Positions 7,042 through 16,349 of a DNA stretch of 64,000 nt are shown in pieces; position 1 is the stretch's first letter; each line of letters starts with the position of its first letter. The notes under the pieces were generated by a model. That model was given only the letters and a program-made list of their open reading frames with translations. It was not told the origin of the DNA and ran no database searches. The DNA comes from Pseudomonadales bacterium. GTDB lineage: Bacteria; Pseudomonadota; Gammaproteobacteria; Pseudomonadales; Azotimanducaceae. The translations under genes were made by a program, and so were the position numbers. The stretch is from positions 97,181 to 161,180 of the forward strand of contig CAXXFR010000019.1 of NCBI GenBank assembly GCA_963667455.2, read 5' to 3'.

Positions 7042-9192
7042 ATGATTGATCGATCAACCGACCGCCGGCGGACAAGCCGTCGAAGTGGACAGACAGACTC
7101 CAATACGGTAGCTGAGCGTGAAGACTCCCTACTTCGTCTGTGGACGCTTCGCTTCTGTTGCCGGTACGGCAAGATGCGCAGGCGCATTGAGAGGAACGGT
7201 CTGACCAACGCAATTCTGGTCGAGAAAATCCAGTCCGCCATGCGCGAGATCGGTTCGCACGACCTGAAAGCCAATAGCGCATTGGACGTTCTAAACTCCG
7301 AACTGAAGATAGCTCAGAGATCAGCCGAACAGACATTGCTTCCTGAGGGATTGCGAAACAATGTGCGGCGCTTGAGAGAGCTGTTTGACTTAACGGAAGT
7401 CGAAGCCGACATACTCACATTGGCAATCATGCTTTCGACCGACCTTGACCTGGCCTCCCAATTGAAAGTGTCGAAATCCTTGACGTTGGACGATGTCATT
7501 GAGATTGTCTCGGTTGTGCTCGACTTTAGCGTTCGCGACGTTCAGTCCGCTATCAATTCCGCTTCAGGTCTGTACAAGCACGGATTGCTACGCACAGAAC
7601 TTGCTCAATCAAAGCGCAAGGGCCTCGCGGCATGGCTGACTCCCTATAGCCCAGATCATGTTGCCAAGATGATGCAAGACAGTGAGAAGGAAGCACTGTT
7701 GATCGAAGACGCGTTTACCAAGGACTCTCCGACGGAACTGGTGTTGGAGGACTTTTCTTATCTCGGTCAGTCTCTTGACTTTCTGACAGCTCACTTCCGG
7801 CGGTCTGTTGAATCGGGAAAGACTGGCGTGAACTACTTGCTCCACGGAGATCGTGGATCCGGAAAGACCGAGTTCTGCAGAGCATTTTCCAAAGAAGTAG
7901 ATCGGGTTCTACTCGAGGTGGCTCAAGTAGAAACGGGAAGCGAAGTCATGGAACTCAAGCAGAGAACGTGCGCGGTGCTGCTGAGCCAGCGAATCGCCGA
8001 GAAACTAGGAGGATTCGTTGTTGTTGACAATGCCGACGAGTTGCTCCTGCATTTCGGGCAACGATATATGAATGCCAGTTTTCGATTTCAAGCAAGAAAC
8101 TGCGAGTTCGACGAGGCAGGCGAACCGTTAGAACGCATGATGGCTTCGAACCCGGTGCCCACAGTCTGGATCGTTCGCGACCAAGATGATGTCTTCGACG
8201 AGATCCTTGCTGAGTTTGACGGAGTGTATGAAATGCAGAGTCCATCGTCGACTCGCCTCAGGGAGATGGTCAAGAAACAACTTCCTGGTTGCGAGGAGAG
8301 TCTCGTGCGAAGAATCGCATCCGTACCGGGTATCAATCGGGCCACGATACATGCCGCTCGTGACTTCGCTTCAACAATCGCCGACAGTCCCCAATCTAGC
8401 GTTTGGGTCGAAGCTTTCATCGAAGCGTTCAATGCACGTCAGAAGATTCGCAAGAAACCTGTCATTGGAACGAATGTCCCCACGTTGCGAACTAGTCTGT
8501 ATCACGAACGCTACGTCAGTTCACAGCCAAACTTGGATGGAGTCATGCATCGCATTGGCGAAGAATGCAGAGCGCGATTGCTCCTATACGGACCGCCTGG
8601 GACTGGAAAGACTGCTTGGGCCGGGAACTTGGCCAAGGAGCTGGATATCGATCTGGTGCAAGTTACCGCATCGCAAATCCAACATCACTACCCAGGCAGA
8701 GCTGAAAGAAGAATCAGGAAAGTGTTCTCGAAAGCCCAACAATCAGGAGCACTGCTCTTGTTCGATGAAGCCGACACCTTCCTCTACGACCGTCGGAATG
8801 CACACCGATCTTGGGAAGTTTCTTTCGTGAATGAATTTCTCACACAGCTAGAGAACTACACAGGATTGATTGCGGCAACGACTAACCTACGGTCACTTGT
8901 CGATAGTGCGGCGATTCGTCGTTTCGACATTAAAGTAGAGTTCAAGTTTCTTGAGTTCGAGCAAGTGACAGGACTCTTTAGAGCTTACTGTGAACGGTAT
9001 GGATTACGCGTTACGGACGAACGAGAACTCGATGAGTTGCGCAACATTGGTGTGCTAACCCCAGGAGACTTCGCCGCCGTGGATGAACGAAGCCGCTTCT
9101 TCCCAATCCGGTCAGTTGAGCAGTTCAGGGAAGCTTTAATCGACGAGTGCTCTCTCAAGCCCGATTCCAATAGGCAATTTGGATTTCAGTAG
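7042..9192 (+). CDS. Tandem-AAA+ ATPase B2 (716 aa), paralogue of B1
   Basis: I moved the start from the ORF-track TTG 6934 to ATG 7042. MIDRSTDRRRTSRRSGQ then parallels the B1 N-terminus MVDRSLTRQRPTRRSHQ, the length becomes identical to B1, and 6934 lies inside the promoter element. Motifs: D1 GDRGSGKT and VVVDNAD; D2 GPPGTGKT, LLLFDEAD, AAIRRF. Confidence 0.85.
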   Translation: MIDRSTDRRRTSRRSGQTDSNTVAEREDSLLRLWTLRFCCRYGKMRRRIERNGLTNAILVEKIQSAMREIGSHDLKANSALDVLNSELKIAQRSAEQTLLPEGLRNNVRRLRELFDLTEVEADILTLAIMLSTDLDLASQLKVSKSLTLDDVIEIVSVVLDFSVRDVQSAINSASGLYKHGLLRTELAQSKRKGLAAWLTPYSPDHVAKMMQDSEKEALLIEDAFTKDSPTELVLEDFSYLGQSLDFLTAHFRRSVESGKTGVNYLLHGDRGSGKTEFCRAFSKEVDRVLLEVAQVETGSEVMELKQRTCAVLLSQRIAEKLGGFVVVDNADELLLHFGQRYMNASFRFQARNCEFDEAGEPLERMMASNPVPTVWIVRDQDDVFDEILAEFDGVYEMQSPSSTRLREMVKKQLPGCEESLVRRIASVPGINRATIHAARDFASTIADSPQSSVWVEAFIEAFNARQKIRKKPVIGTNVPTLRTSLYHERYVSSQPNLDGVMHRIGEECRARLLLYGPPGTGKTAWAGNLAKELDIDLVQVTASQIQHHYPGRAERRIRKVFSKAQQSGALLLFDEADTFLYDRRNAHRSWEVSFVNEFLTQLENYTGLIAATTNLRSLVDSAAIRRFDIKVEFKFLEFEQVTGLFRAYCERYGLRVTDERELDELRNIGVLTPGDFAAVDERSRFFPIRSVEQFREALIDECSLKPDSNRQFGFQ

Positions 9193-9399
9193 AGTGCCTA
9201 GATCTTTAATGAGAGTGTCCCATCGCCGTCTGGTTGAGATTGAAGTGTCCGTGCTTCATGAACCCCCGCCCAGTAGGACTAATTCCTTCTCCCGATACGT
9301 CTCAAGCCACGAACCAAGAATCAATCCAACATCTAATCGATCTAGTACCACTGCCCAAGTCGCAGAGACTTGCAATTTTGAACCGATAGGAGTCTACCA

Positions 9400-10053
9400 A
9401 TGAACACGCCGAAACGAACGAACCGGCCTCATCGTAGCGAGTCGGACACCAGCAATTTAGAGCCATCTTTCCAGAACATGCTGAAAGTTCGCCGGAAATT
9501 CTCGTGCGGGATGATCTCTGCGCACAAAATCGTATACGGCCGCAAGAGCCGTCAATCAGCTAAGGGGACAAGTGCTATGCAGGCCGCTGACGGACACCTT
9601 TCGTTCCGAGAACATATACAAGACAATCATTTGCTTCACATCAGGTTATCCGGGCTTTCTCCTGACTGGATGTATGAGGAGAAAAATGAAGAACGTGAGA
9701 AAGAGATGGCTTCTGTCATAAGTCAGAGCGGCTATAACCAATTTCTGATGGAGAGCTTCTTCGCAAGGGTCAAGATAAACTCGTTTTGGGTTTGGAACGA
9801 CGCAGACCCAGGCGCGGGCAGTGGAGATCTTTTGACCTTTCTTCAGCGATTGGCAAAGGATTTCGAACAAGACTCATTTCAGCTCATTCCGTTCAAGAAG
9901 CAAATAACCCTGTACAGACGAGATTTGGACATCAATGGAGCTTGGAATGGCAACTGGCTCACTACGGGAATGGGATACATATCGAAAGTGAAGACGGGGC
10001 AGGTCCGTGTAGCTGAAAGTTATCGTCTGCTAGAGATTACTGGACCTCATTAG
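9400..10053 (+). CDS. Hypothetical protein A3 (217 aa), distant and shorter A-family member
   Basis: An aggag RBS precedes ATG 9400. It shares SCGMISAHK, EEREKEMA, FWVWND, LLTFLQRLAKDFEQDSF with A1/A2 in the same order. It lacks the C-terminal third. Confidence 0.7.
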   Translation: MNTPKRTNRPHRSESDTSNLEPSFQNMLKVRRKFSCGMISAHKIVYGRKSRQSAKGTSAMQAADGHLSFREHIQDNHLLHIRLSGLSPDWMYEEKNEEREKEMASVISQSGYNQFLMESFFARVKINSFWVWNDADPGAGSGDLLTFLQRLAKDFEQDSFQLIPFKKQITLYRRDLDINGAWNGNWLTTGMGYISKVKTGQVRVAESYRLLEITGPH

Positions 10054-10177
10054 AGTCTATTGTCCTATCGGATTTATCACTACCTGAATCGGTGCAAGTG
10101 CCGTCGACTGTGGCGCGTTGACTCTAGCACATACATTTCGAAAACTGAAGCGAACTACAGCTAATGGGAGCGAATCA

Positions 10178-11173
10178 ATGAATGACACTACTTTGTGTTG
10201 CCCAAGTGAACAGGGCACACCTTTCGAAGAGCAAGAATTTGAGACTACGATAAGTGAATTGTTGGAGATTTGTGCGAATTTCTCGTATGGAATATTGTCA
10301 GCACAACGCAATCGGTTCAACTTGAATAGTCTACAGGACTTCAAGAGTCTATTTGCGCGAGTCGAGAGCGGAGTCATCGATCCAGTGCAGGTCGTGCAGC
10401 AGTTGTTGCAAAGGAACCGAACATTGCAACGTGAAAACGCGTTAGTTAATGAAAGGCGGGAGAATAAGCTCGCGTCGGTCATAACCTATGAGCGTCTAGA
10501 TCGATTCAATATTCGAGGTGTCTTTGAGGATTCCGTGGACACTGACTTTTTGGTTTGGTATGACGGTGACTCGGACAACCAGATGGCTGATTTGCTACTC
10601 ACGCTTCTCAAAGAGCAGAGTGCGAATTTCGGTCAACATTCGTTCATCTACCAACGCAAGGATGAGCCGGTGTGTCGATATTCTCGATCATGGAATGGCG
10701 ATAGCGGCCAGTTCGGCGAGTGGCTAGTCGAGAGCGTTGGATCTGTGTCGACGCTCCAAGATCTTGAGAGGTTGTTGGGACGAAGCAAACTGACATCATT
10801 CCTCAATTGGGCTGGTATTGATGTGGAAGCTCGAATTGACTCAGAATCAGGTTCGGAGAAAGCTTCTCCTACGCTCGTAGACTTGATTTCGCAACAGTCT
10901 ATGGGCTACACAATTCGACGAGTTATTGGTCCGATTGAAGGCTGGGATGGAAGTTACGGTTTCTTCTCCGGGTTGGCAAATCAGGAGCGAGATTCGGAGG
11001 CTAAGTGTCACATGGATACGGTGGCGTTCTTGGAAGAAATAGCCAAAGAGCGATATATCTCGACCACGGAATTTGAAGCGATCGCGGATCGACTCGAGGC
11101 GAAGAGGAAAAGGCTTAGCAGGGGTGTGCGTCGGCGGATAGCTCGAAAGTTCCCGTTGTTTAGTGAGAGTTGA
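10178..11173 (+). CDS. Hypothetical protein A4 (331 aa), distant A-family member
   Basis: I prefer ATG 10178 (gggag lies 8 nt upstream) over the ORF-track TTG 10118. It shares SYGILSAQRN, NERRENKLA, FLVWYD, LLLTLLKEQSANFGQHSF, VSTLQDLERLL and AFLEEIAKERYIST with A1/A2. Confidence 0.7.
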   Translation: MNDTTLCCPSEQGTPFEEQEFETTISELLEICANFSYGILSAQRNRFNLNSLQDFKSLFARVESGVIDPVQVVQQLLQRNRTLQRENALVNERRENKLASVITYERLDRFNIRGVFEDSVDTDFLVWYDGDSDNQMADLLLTLLKEQSANFGQHSFIYQRKDEPVCRYSRSWNGDSGQFGEWLVESVGSVSTLQDLERLLGRSKLTSFLNWAGIDVEARIDSESGSEKASPTLVDLISQQSMGYTIRRVIGPIEGWDGSYGFFSGLANQERDSEAKCHMDTVAFLEEIAKERYISTTEFEAIADRLEAKRKRLSRGVRRRIARKFPLFSES

Positions 11174-11336
11174 AGCGACGTAGTTGACTCCCGCCAATTG
11201 GGTGTGCAGTGCACCGTGAAGGGTCGGATTCAGTGATGGGTGAAATCAGCATGGAATTCAATGCCGTTGGCACCAGGTGTCGTTGACATAAGCGAGCGGA
11301 GTATGATTTCTTGAGCTTGACTTACTCCTCTTCCGA

Positions 11337-12335
11337 ATGCCCGCTCGGCAACACAGCATCGATACCACCCTATTCGCGTTGGCCGTTATCAAACGAATCC
11401 CAAGGGAACAGACCATTTCGGCGCAAGAGCTCACGGACCAACTGGAGGAAGCAGGAATTGATCGAAACGTGAGATCAGTGCAACGCATGCTTAAGGTGCT
11501 TTCTTCACACTTCGACATTGACTGCGACACAGATCACCGCCCGCATCGCTACTGTTGGAAACCGAACGCGGCCGCGATGCTGATTCCCATGGTCGAGCAG
11601 AACGAAGCATTGATGTTGCTATTTGCGGAACGATTTCTGGCAAACATCCTGCCGCCGGGTGCATTGCCATCGTTTGAAGGAATTCTCAAACAAGCCCACG
11701 ACATGCTTGTCAACAAGCAACAGTCGCATGGTCAGTGGTTGGACAAGGTCCGCGTGGCTCATCCCACGCCTTTACTGTATCCGCCTGATGTCGATCCGGA
11801 CGTGCTCCGGTCGGTTTCCGAATGCTTATTCGAGAATCGAAAACTGCGCTTGAATTACCGAAACAGGAGAGGGGAATTGAACGATTGGGTGGTTCTTCCG
11901 CTTGGATTGGTTACTCGTGCACAAGTGCTCTACTTGATTTCAAAGTTCGATGACAGTGATACCCACTATCGACTTGCGTTACACCGGATGGTTTCGGTGC
12001 ACCCAACGACCATTCGTTTTGCTCCTCCCGCAGATTTCGACATTGACCAGAGCATCGCGGAGTATGGATTCTCGCCGGGAAATCGCAAAGTCGTGAAGCT
12101 GGAGTTTTATGTCGATAGAAGGGCTGGGAATCACCTGACCGAGTCCCTACTCTCGAAAGATCAGGTCTGCACTGAGCTGGAGCACGAGTACCATATAGCC
12201 GCTACGGTCCGGGACTCGATTGAACTGCGACATTGGTTGTGCGGATTCGGCGACTCCATCAGAGACATATCCATCGACGGAGAACGAGTCAACATCAACG
12301 AGTCAAGAACTTGGTTTGGTGGTGATTTAGAGTAG
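11337..12335 (+). CDS. WYL-domain transcriptional regulator (wHTH - WYL - C-terminal WCX-like domain)
   Basis: The N-terminal wHTH is IPREQTISAQELTDQLEEAGIDRNVRSVQRMLKVL. The central WYL-type segment is LRLNYRNRRGELNDWVVLPLGLVTRAQVLYLISKFDDSDTHYRLALHRM. The C-terminal part is VKLEFYV...IELRHWLCGFGDSI. Confidence 0.75.
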   Translation: MPARQHSIDTTLFALAVIKRIPREQTISAQELTDQLEEAGIDRNVRSVQRMLKVLSSHFDIDCDTDHRPHRYCWKPNAAAMLIPMVEQNEALMLLFAERFLANILPPGALPSFEGILKQAHDMLVNKQQSHGQWLDKVRVAHPTPLLYPPDVDPDVLRSVSECLFENRKLRLNYRNRRGELNDWVVLPLGLVTRAQVLYLISKFDDSDTHYRLALHRMVSVHPTTIRFAPPADFDIDQSIAEYGFSPGNRKVVKLEFYVDRRAGNHLTESLLSKDQVCTELEHEYHIAATVRDSIELRHWLCGFGDSIRDISIDGERVNINESRTWFGGDLE

Positions 12336-12461
12336 CGGTTCGGCAACGACCAGCGTCCATCGAGGAAGTACGTGCGCCGACTCAATTCATCGCGGGTGAA
12401 GACAGTTTTTCTTGGAGCTGTGCAATCCCTTGAAGACGGACATGGAAAGGAGATTTGACAA

Positions 12462-13172
12462 GTGTCCCAATCCGATAATTCTGACATCAGTGTGATCAAG
12501 ACACGCAAGATTCCGTGGTACAGAAAACACTTACCAGTGGTCGCCCTAAGTGTGGCGATCATTGTCGTAAGTGCGACGTTACTGCATCATATGATGAGTT
12601 CCAATGCATCGAACTTGACGGTCGAGATCATGGCTGCAGTGGTTGCAGTGGTCCTGGTGGTGGCATCCGTGGCCGTAACATTGCACTTTCAGTCTGACTA
12701 TGAAGTGGAGAGAGACTGTAAGACCGAGATATTTAAGAAACGATTGGAGATTTATGAACATATTCTTGAAATGTATTCTGAGCTGGATGACGAAGACAAT
12801 ATTAACGAGGACAAACTCAACAAGATTCAGAATCTTGCTTTAAGAGCATCTTTGGTAGCCACGACCGACGTCACTGCTTCAATGGCAAACTACACCCGAA
12901 ATATCTGGCTTGAAAGGAAGCTATACTTTAGTGATCAGGAAGTGAAAGACCTTCAGGATAAGTTTGGAGATGATCCGCAGAGAAGGATGTATCCCGGGTC
13001 ATTTCGAAGTTTGGTAAAAGAGATGAGAGAAGACTTGAATCTTATCGAAGAAGAGGACAAGAAGAAGTTCCTAGAGGAATCGATCAAGATTTTGGTCAAT
13101 ATCGAAAAGAAGTCACAACCGAAACACACCGTAGCTAGACCTGGTCAGCAAGAGGAATTGCGTAGCGCCTAG
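12462..13172 (+). CDS. Hypothetical membrane protein: 2 N-terminal TM helices plus a charged helical domain
   Basis: GTG 12462 lies 9 nt after aaggag. The TM segments are LPVVALSVAIIVVSATLLHHM and VEIMAAVVAVVLVVASVAVTLHF. The C-terminal part is K/E/D-rich. Two sampled 60-nt lines (12721, 12781) have 18/60 and 22/60 G+C. Confidence 0.6.
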   Translation: MSQSDNSDISVIKTRKIPWYRKHLPVVALSVAIIVVSATLLHHMMSSNASNLTVEIMAAVVAVVLVVASVAVTLHFQSDYEVERDCKTEIFKKRLEIYEHILEMYSELDDEDNINEDKLNKIQNLALRASLVATTDVTASMANYTRNIWLERKLYFSDQEVKDLQDKFGDDPQRRMYPGSFRSLVKEMREDLNLIEEEDKKKFLEESIKILVNIEKKSQPKHTVARPGQQEELRSA

Positions 13173-13197
13173 TCTTCAAATCGTGGAAATCAGGGAG

Positions 13198-14388
13198 ATG
13201 AGCATGGACTCGATGAGTGAATTTCGAGAGCAGACAAGAGATTGGCTTCGAGCGAATTGTCCCGAAGGAGGTCGAGGTCCTGGCCCAGTCACATCGGGGA
13301 GCAGCAAGACACCTGTACGCGATCCCGATACGCGATTGTGGCTCGACCGGATGATCGAGAAAGGGTGGACGGCTCCCACTTGGCCAGTCGAGTACGGAGG
13401 AGGTGGACTCAATACCGAGCAGTACATGGTCTTGATTGAGGAGATGCGCAACATCAATGCTCGTGTTCCGCTGATGGGCATGGGTATTTCGCTGATCGGA
13501 CCGACATTGCTCGAGTTCGGCACCGAGGACCAGAAACAACGCCACATACCTCGAATCGTACGAGCCGAAGTCGGCTGGTGCCAGGGATATAGCGAGCCCA
13601 ATGCCGGTTCGGACCTTGCCTCGTTGCAAACCCGAGCCGTGGACAACGGAGACCACTACGTCGTAAACGGATCCAAGATTTGGACATCAGGTGCTCAGAT
13701 TGCCGACTGGATTTTTGTCTTGGTTCGAACTGATCCGGATGTTCCGAAGCACGACGGAATCAGCTTTGTTCTCATGGATATGGCGCAAGAGGGAGTCAGC
13801 GTCAAGCCGATTCGATTGATATCCGGCGAGTCGCCGTTTTGCGAGACGTTCTTCGACAACGCCATTGTCAAGAAAGAAGACCTTGTTGGAGAATTGAACA
13901 AGGGGTGGACTGTCGGCAAACGCTTGTTGCAGCACGAACGCGGAAGTATGGCTTCGCTGGTTGGCGGTGGAGTGTCTCGAGAGGCAGGTCCATCGCTCGA
14001 ACACGAGGCGAAGGCTCTTGCCGGCGAGAGCAATGGACGCATTGCGGACGAGGCGTTCCGTAGCCGAGTTGTTGAATCCAACATGAACTCACATGCATTC
14101 CAATTGACTCAACGACGAACCGTTGAAGAGACTGAAGACGGAAGTACTCCCGGTCCACAGACATCCATATTCAAGATGTACGGGACCGAACTCCAGCAGG
14201 AGCGAGCAGAACTATTGGTCGAAATGCGTGGATCCGACGGACTGGGATGGAGTGGACGAGAATTCAGCGCTCACCACATTGGCGGTACCCGCGGATGGCT
14301 GGCGGGCAGGGCTGCTTCGATCTACAGTGGAAGCAACGAAATCCAACGCAACATTGTTGCGAAGCGCGTGTTGGGACTACCTGACTAG
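13198..14388 (+). CDS. Acyl-CoA dehydrogenase family protein
   Basis: Motifs: GWTAPTWPVEYGGGGL, GYSEPNAGSDLASLQTRAV..GDHYVVNGSKIWTSGA, and C-terminal IYSGSNEIQRNIVA. The start is ambiguous (GTG 13183, ATG 13198 or 13204). Confidence 0.85.
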   Translation: MSMDSMSEFREQTRDWLRANCPEGGRGPGPVTSGSSKTPVRDPDTRLWLDRMIEKGWTAPTWPVEYGGGGLNTEQYMVLIEEMRNINARVPLMGMGISLIGPTLLEFGTEDQKQRHIPRIVRAEVGWCQGYSEPNAGSDLASLQTRAVDNGDHYVVNGSKIWTSGAQIADWIFVLVRTDPDVPKHDGISFVLMDMAQEGVSVKPIRLISGESPFCETFFDNAIVKKEDLVGELNKGWTVGKRLLQHERGSMASLVGGGVSREAGPSLEHEAKALAGESNGRIADEAFRSRVVESNMNSHAFQLTQRRTVEETEDGSTPGPQTSIFKMYGTELQQERAELLVEMRGSDGLGWSGREFSAHHIGGTRGWLAGRAASIYSGSNEIQRNIVAKRVLGLPD

Positions 14389-14470
14389 CCGACCGGTTGC
14401 TCGACTCCAACTGGCCGAGCAACCTGGTAATGAATCGCCCTGTTTCACCTGAAACTGTTGATTGTTGCCC

Positions 14471-15172
14471 ATGAAGCCAATCCGAATTGGCCTTCTCGTG
14501 GCCGTAGTCGTGGCGATTGTGCTGTTCTTTGTCCTTGGATACGGCGAGTACTTGACGCTTGACTACCTGAAGGAGCAGAGAGACCGGGTACTTCAACTCT
14601 ACAACGATCATCCAGTGTTGACGATCTTGGCGTTCATCGCCGTGTATGTGTTGTTGACGAGCCTTTCAATCCCGAGTGCTACAGGATTGACTCTTCTAGC
14701 AGGGGCACTCTTCGATCTGTTTGTCGGAGTCATCGTTGTGGCCGTAGCCAGTACTTGTGGTGCGACGTTCGCCTTCCTACTTGCCCGATATTTCTTTCGG
14801 GATGTGGTGCAAACCAAGTTTTCGAAGCAGCTAGGTTTCATCAATCGAGGAATGGACCGCGACGGAATCTTCTACCTGTTCGCGATAAGGGTGGCACCCG
14901 CCATACCGTACTTTGTAGTCAACGCCGCGATGGGATTGACTACGATAAGGTTGTGGCCGTACTTTTGGGTGAGCGGGATAGGGATGCTCGGAGCAACAAC
15001 GGTCTTCGTCAATGCTGGTAGCCAGTTGGGAAGATTGGAGTCTTTCTCGGGCATTCTCTCACCCGGTCTGATGCTTGCTCTGCTTCTGTTGGGAATCTTT
15101 CCATTAGCCGTCAAACTACTCTTGAGGGCGTTCGGCAAGCTAAACGAATCGGAGAATAGGGGCGATTTGTAG
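14471..15172 (+). CDS. TVP38/TMEM64 (DedA-like, SNARE-associated) family membrane protein
   Basis: It is a multi-TM protein with RYFFRDVV and FAIRVAPAIPYFVVNAAMGLT, which are typical of the family. Confidence 0.7.
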   Translation: MKPIRIGLLVAVVVAIVLFFVLGYGEYLTLDYLKEQRDRVLQLYNDHPVLTILAFIAVYVLLTSLSIPSATGLTLLAGALFDLFVGVIVVAVASTCGATFAFLLARYFFRDVVQTKFSKQLGFINRGMDRDGIFYLFAIRVAPAIPYFVVNAAMGLTTIRLWPYFWVSGIGMLGATTVFVNAGSQLGRLESFSGILSPGLMLALLLLGIFPLAVKLLLRAFGKLNESENRGDL

Positions 15173-15289
15173 ACCTAGACTGCTGAGAAGCGGGACTAGT
15201 AGAAGCTAGCCGATACCTGAGGACTTGACTTCGACGGATCGTTGTGTATTGACTACAATTGGAGTCCACCGTCCTTGCAACTAGGTGTC

Positions 15290-16090
15290 ATGATGCGGCC
15301 CATTCAACTCTTACAGAGACTATTTTTTCTGACGGCACTGTTTGTCTGCATATCGAGTACAGCCCAACCCTCGGGATTGTTCTTTGGTGGGCTTGGGTCG
15401 ATTGCCCAATCAGAAGTCGCATTTTCCAAGGACGTGGACAATACGCACCCGGACAACCCAACAACGGTTGCGGGAAGGATATTTCAAACCACTAACGAAG
15501 GCGATGGATACCTAGCGCATGTGGGCGCGACTGTAGGACTTAGGCACACATGGGACTCACAGTTTCTAAGCGTGCAGCTCGAAGTCGCTACAGGTGCCGG
15601 ACGCGTCTCCGGATTCGTTCCCGGTGCGGGTATTTCGTCCTCTCGGGCTCAATATGGCGAAGCTTGGCCTGAGACCTTTGAGGTGAGTCGTACGAACGAA
15701 ATCGGTTTGGTCGCGAAGTGGGGACGTTCCACTCAAATGAACAGTTGGACTGCGATATCAGGCTGGTATGTACTGCTGGGAGCAAGGTTCGTGGTTGAAG
15801 CGGATTTTGAATTGAGACACCAGCGTGGCTGTTATATTCCGAGTGGATGTGAGGGTCAACAATTCCAATCCGGTTCTTTCCAATATGAAGTTGAAGATCG
15901 CACTTTTCAGTTTGGTGCAGGGCTGGAACACACGTTCAATGATCGTCTAGCCGCGCAGTTGGAGTTGCGCATTGAAACTCCTTTCGAGAAGACGTGGGTG
16001 GACAAGTTTGAAAACGACACAGTGCTTGTCGGTCACGAACTTGAACTGACCAAGTTGACTGTTTCCCTCAATATTTTGAGGTTTTTCTAA
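15290..16090 (+). CDS. Putative outer-membrane beta-barrel protein
   Basis: I chose the start at MMRPIQLLQRLFFLTALFVCISSTAQP, which is signal-peptide-like. The sequence has alternating amphipathic strands and a C-terminal aromatic ...LNILRFF. Confidence 0.55.
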   Translation: MMRPIQLLQRLFFLTALFVCISSTAQPSGLFFGGLGSIAQSEVAFSKDVDNTHPDNPTTVAGRIFQTTNEGDGYLAHVGATVGLRHTWDSQFLSVQLEVATGAGRVSGFVPGAGISSSRAQYGEAWPETFEVSRTNEIGLVAKWGRSTQMNSWTAISGWYVLLGARFVVEADFELRHQRGCYIPSGCEGQQFQSGSFQYEVEDRTFQFGAGLEHTFNDRLAAQLELRIETPFEKTWVDKFENDTVLVGHELELTKLTVSLNILRFF

Positions 16091-16349
16091 GTTCTAATTT
16101 GGCTTAGCACATGAACAAGAGCAACTGAATTTTGGCATACATTGAATACGGACAGGCGTTCGATTTCTTATCCTGACTTCGGCGGTTCAGTCGAGTTCGC
16201 AAGCTCAAGTAACTAATCCTTCACCTCTTGAACGGTGGACTGAAATGTAGTGCCACGTGCATGTGTTGAGTTGTTGTATATCAATGACATGTTCAGAGAT
16301 GGCATCGAAATCAGAATTAGTAGAGACTTCGTGAATCCTTAAGACTCCT

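Noticed and set aside
11172-11188. A possible fifth copy of the operator (gaagcgacgtagttgac) just after the A4 stop.
   Set aside because: Only the left arm is conserved and the right arm is not complementary. No ATACT follows at the fixed 10-nt distance.
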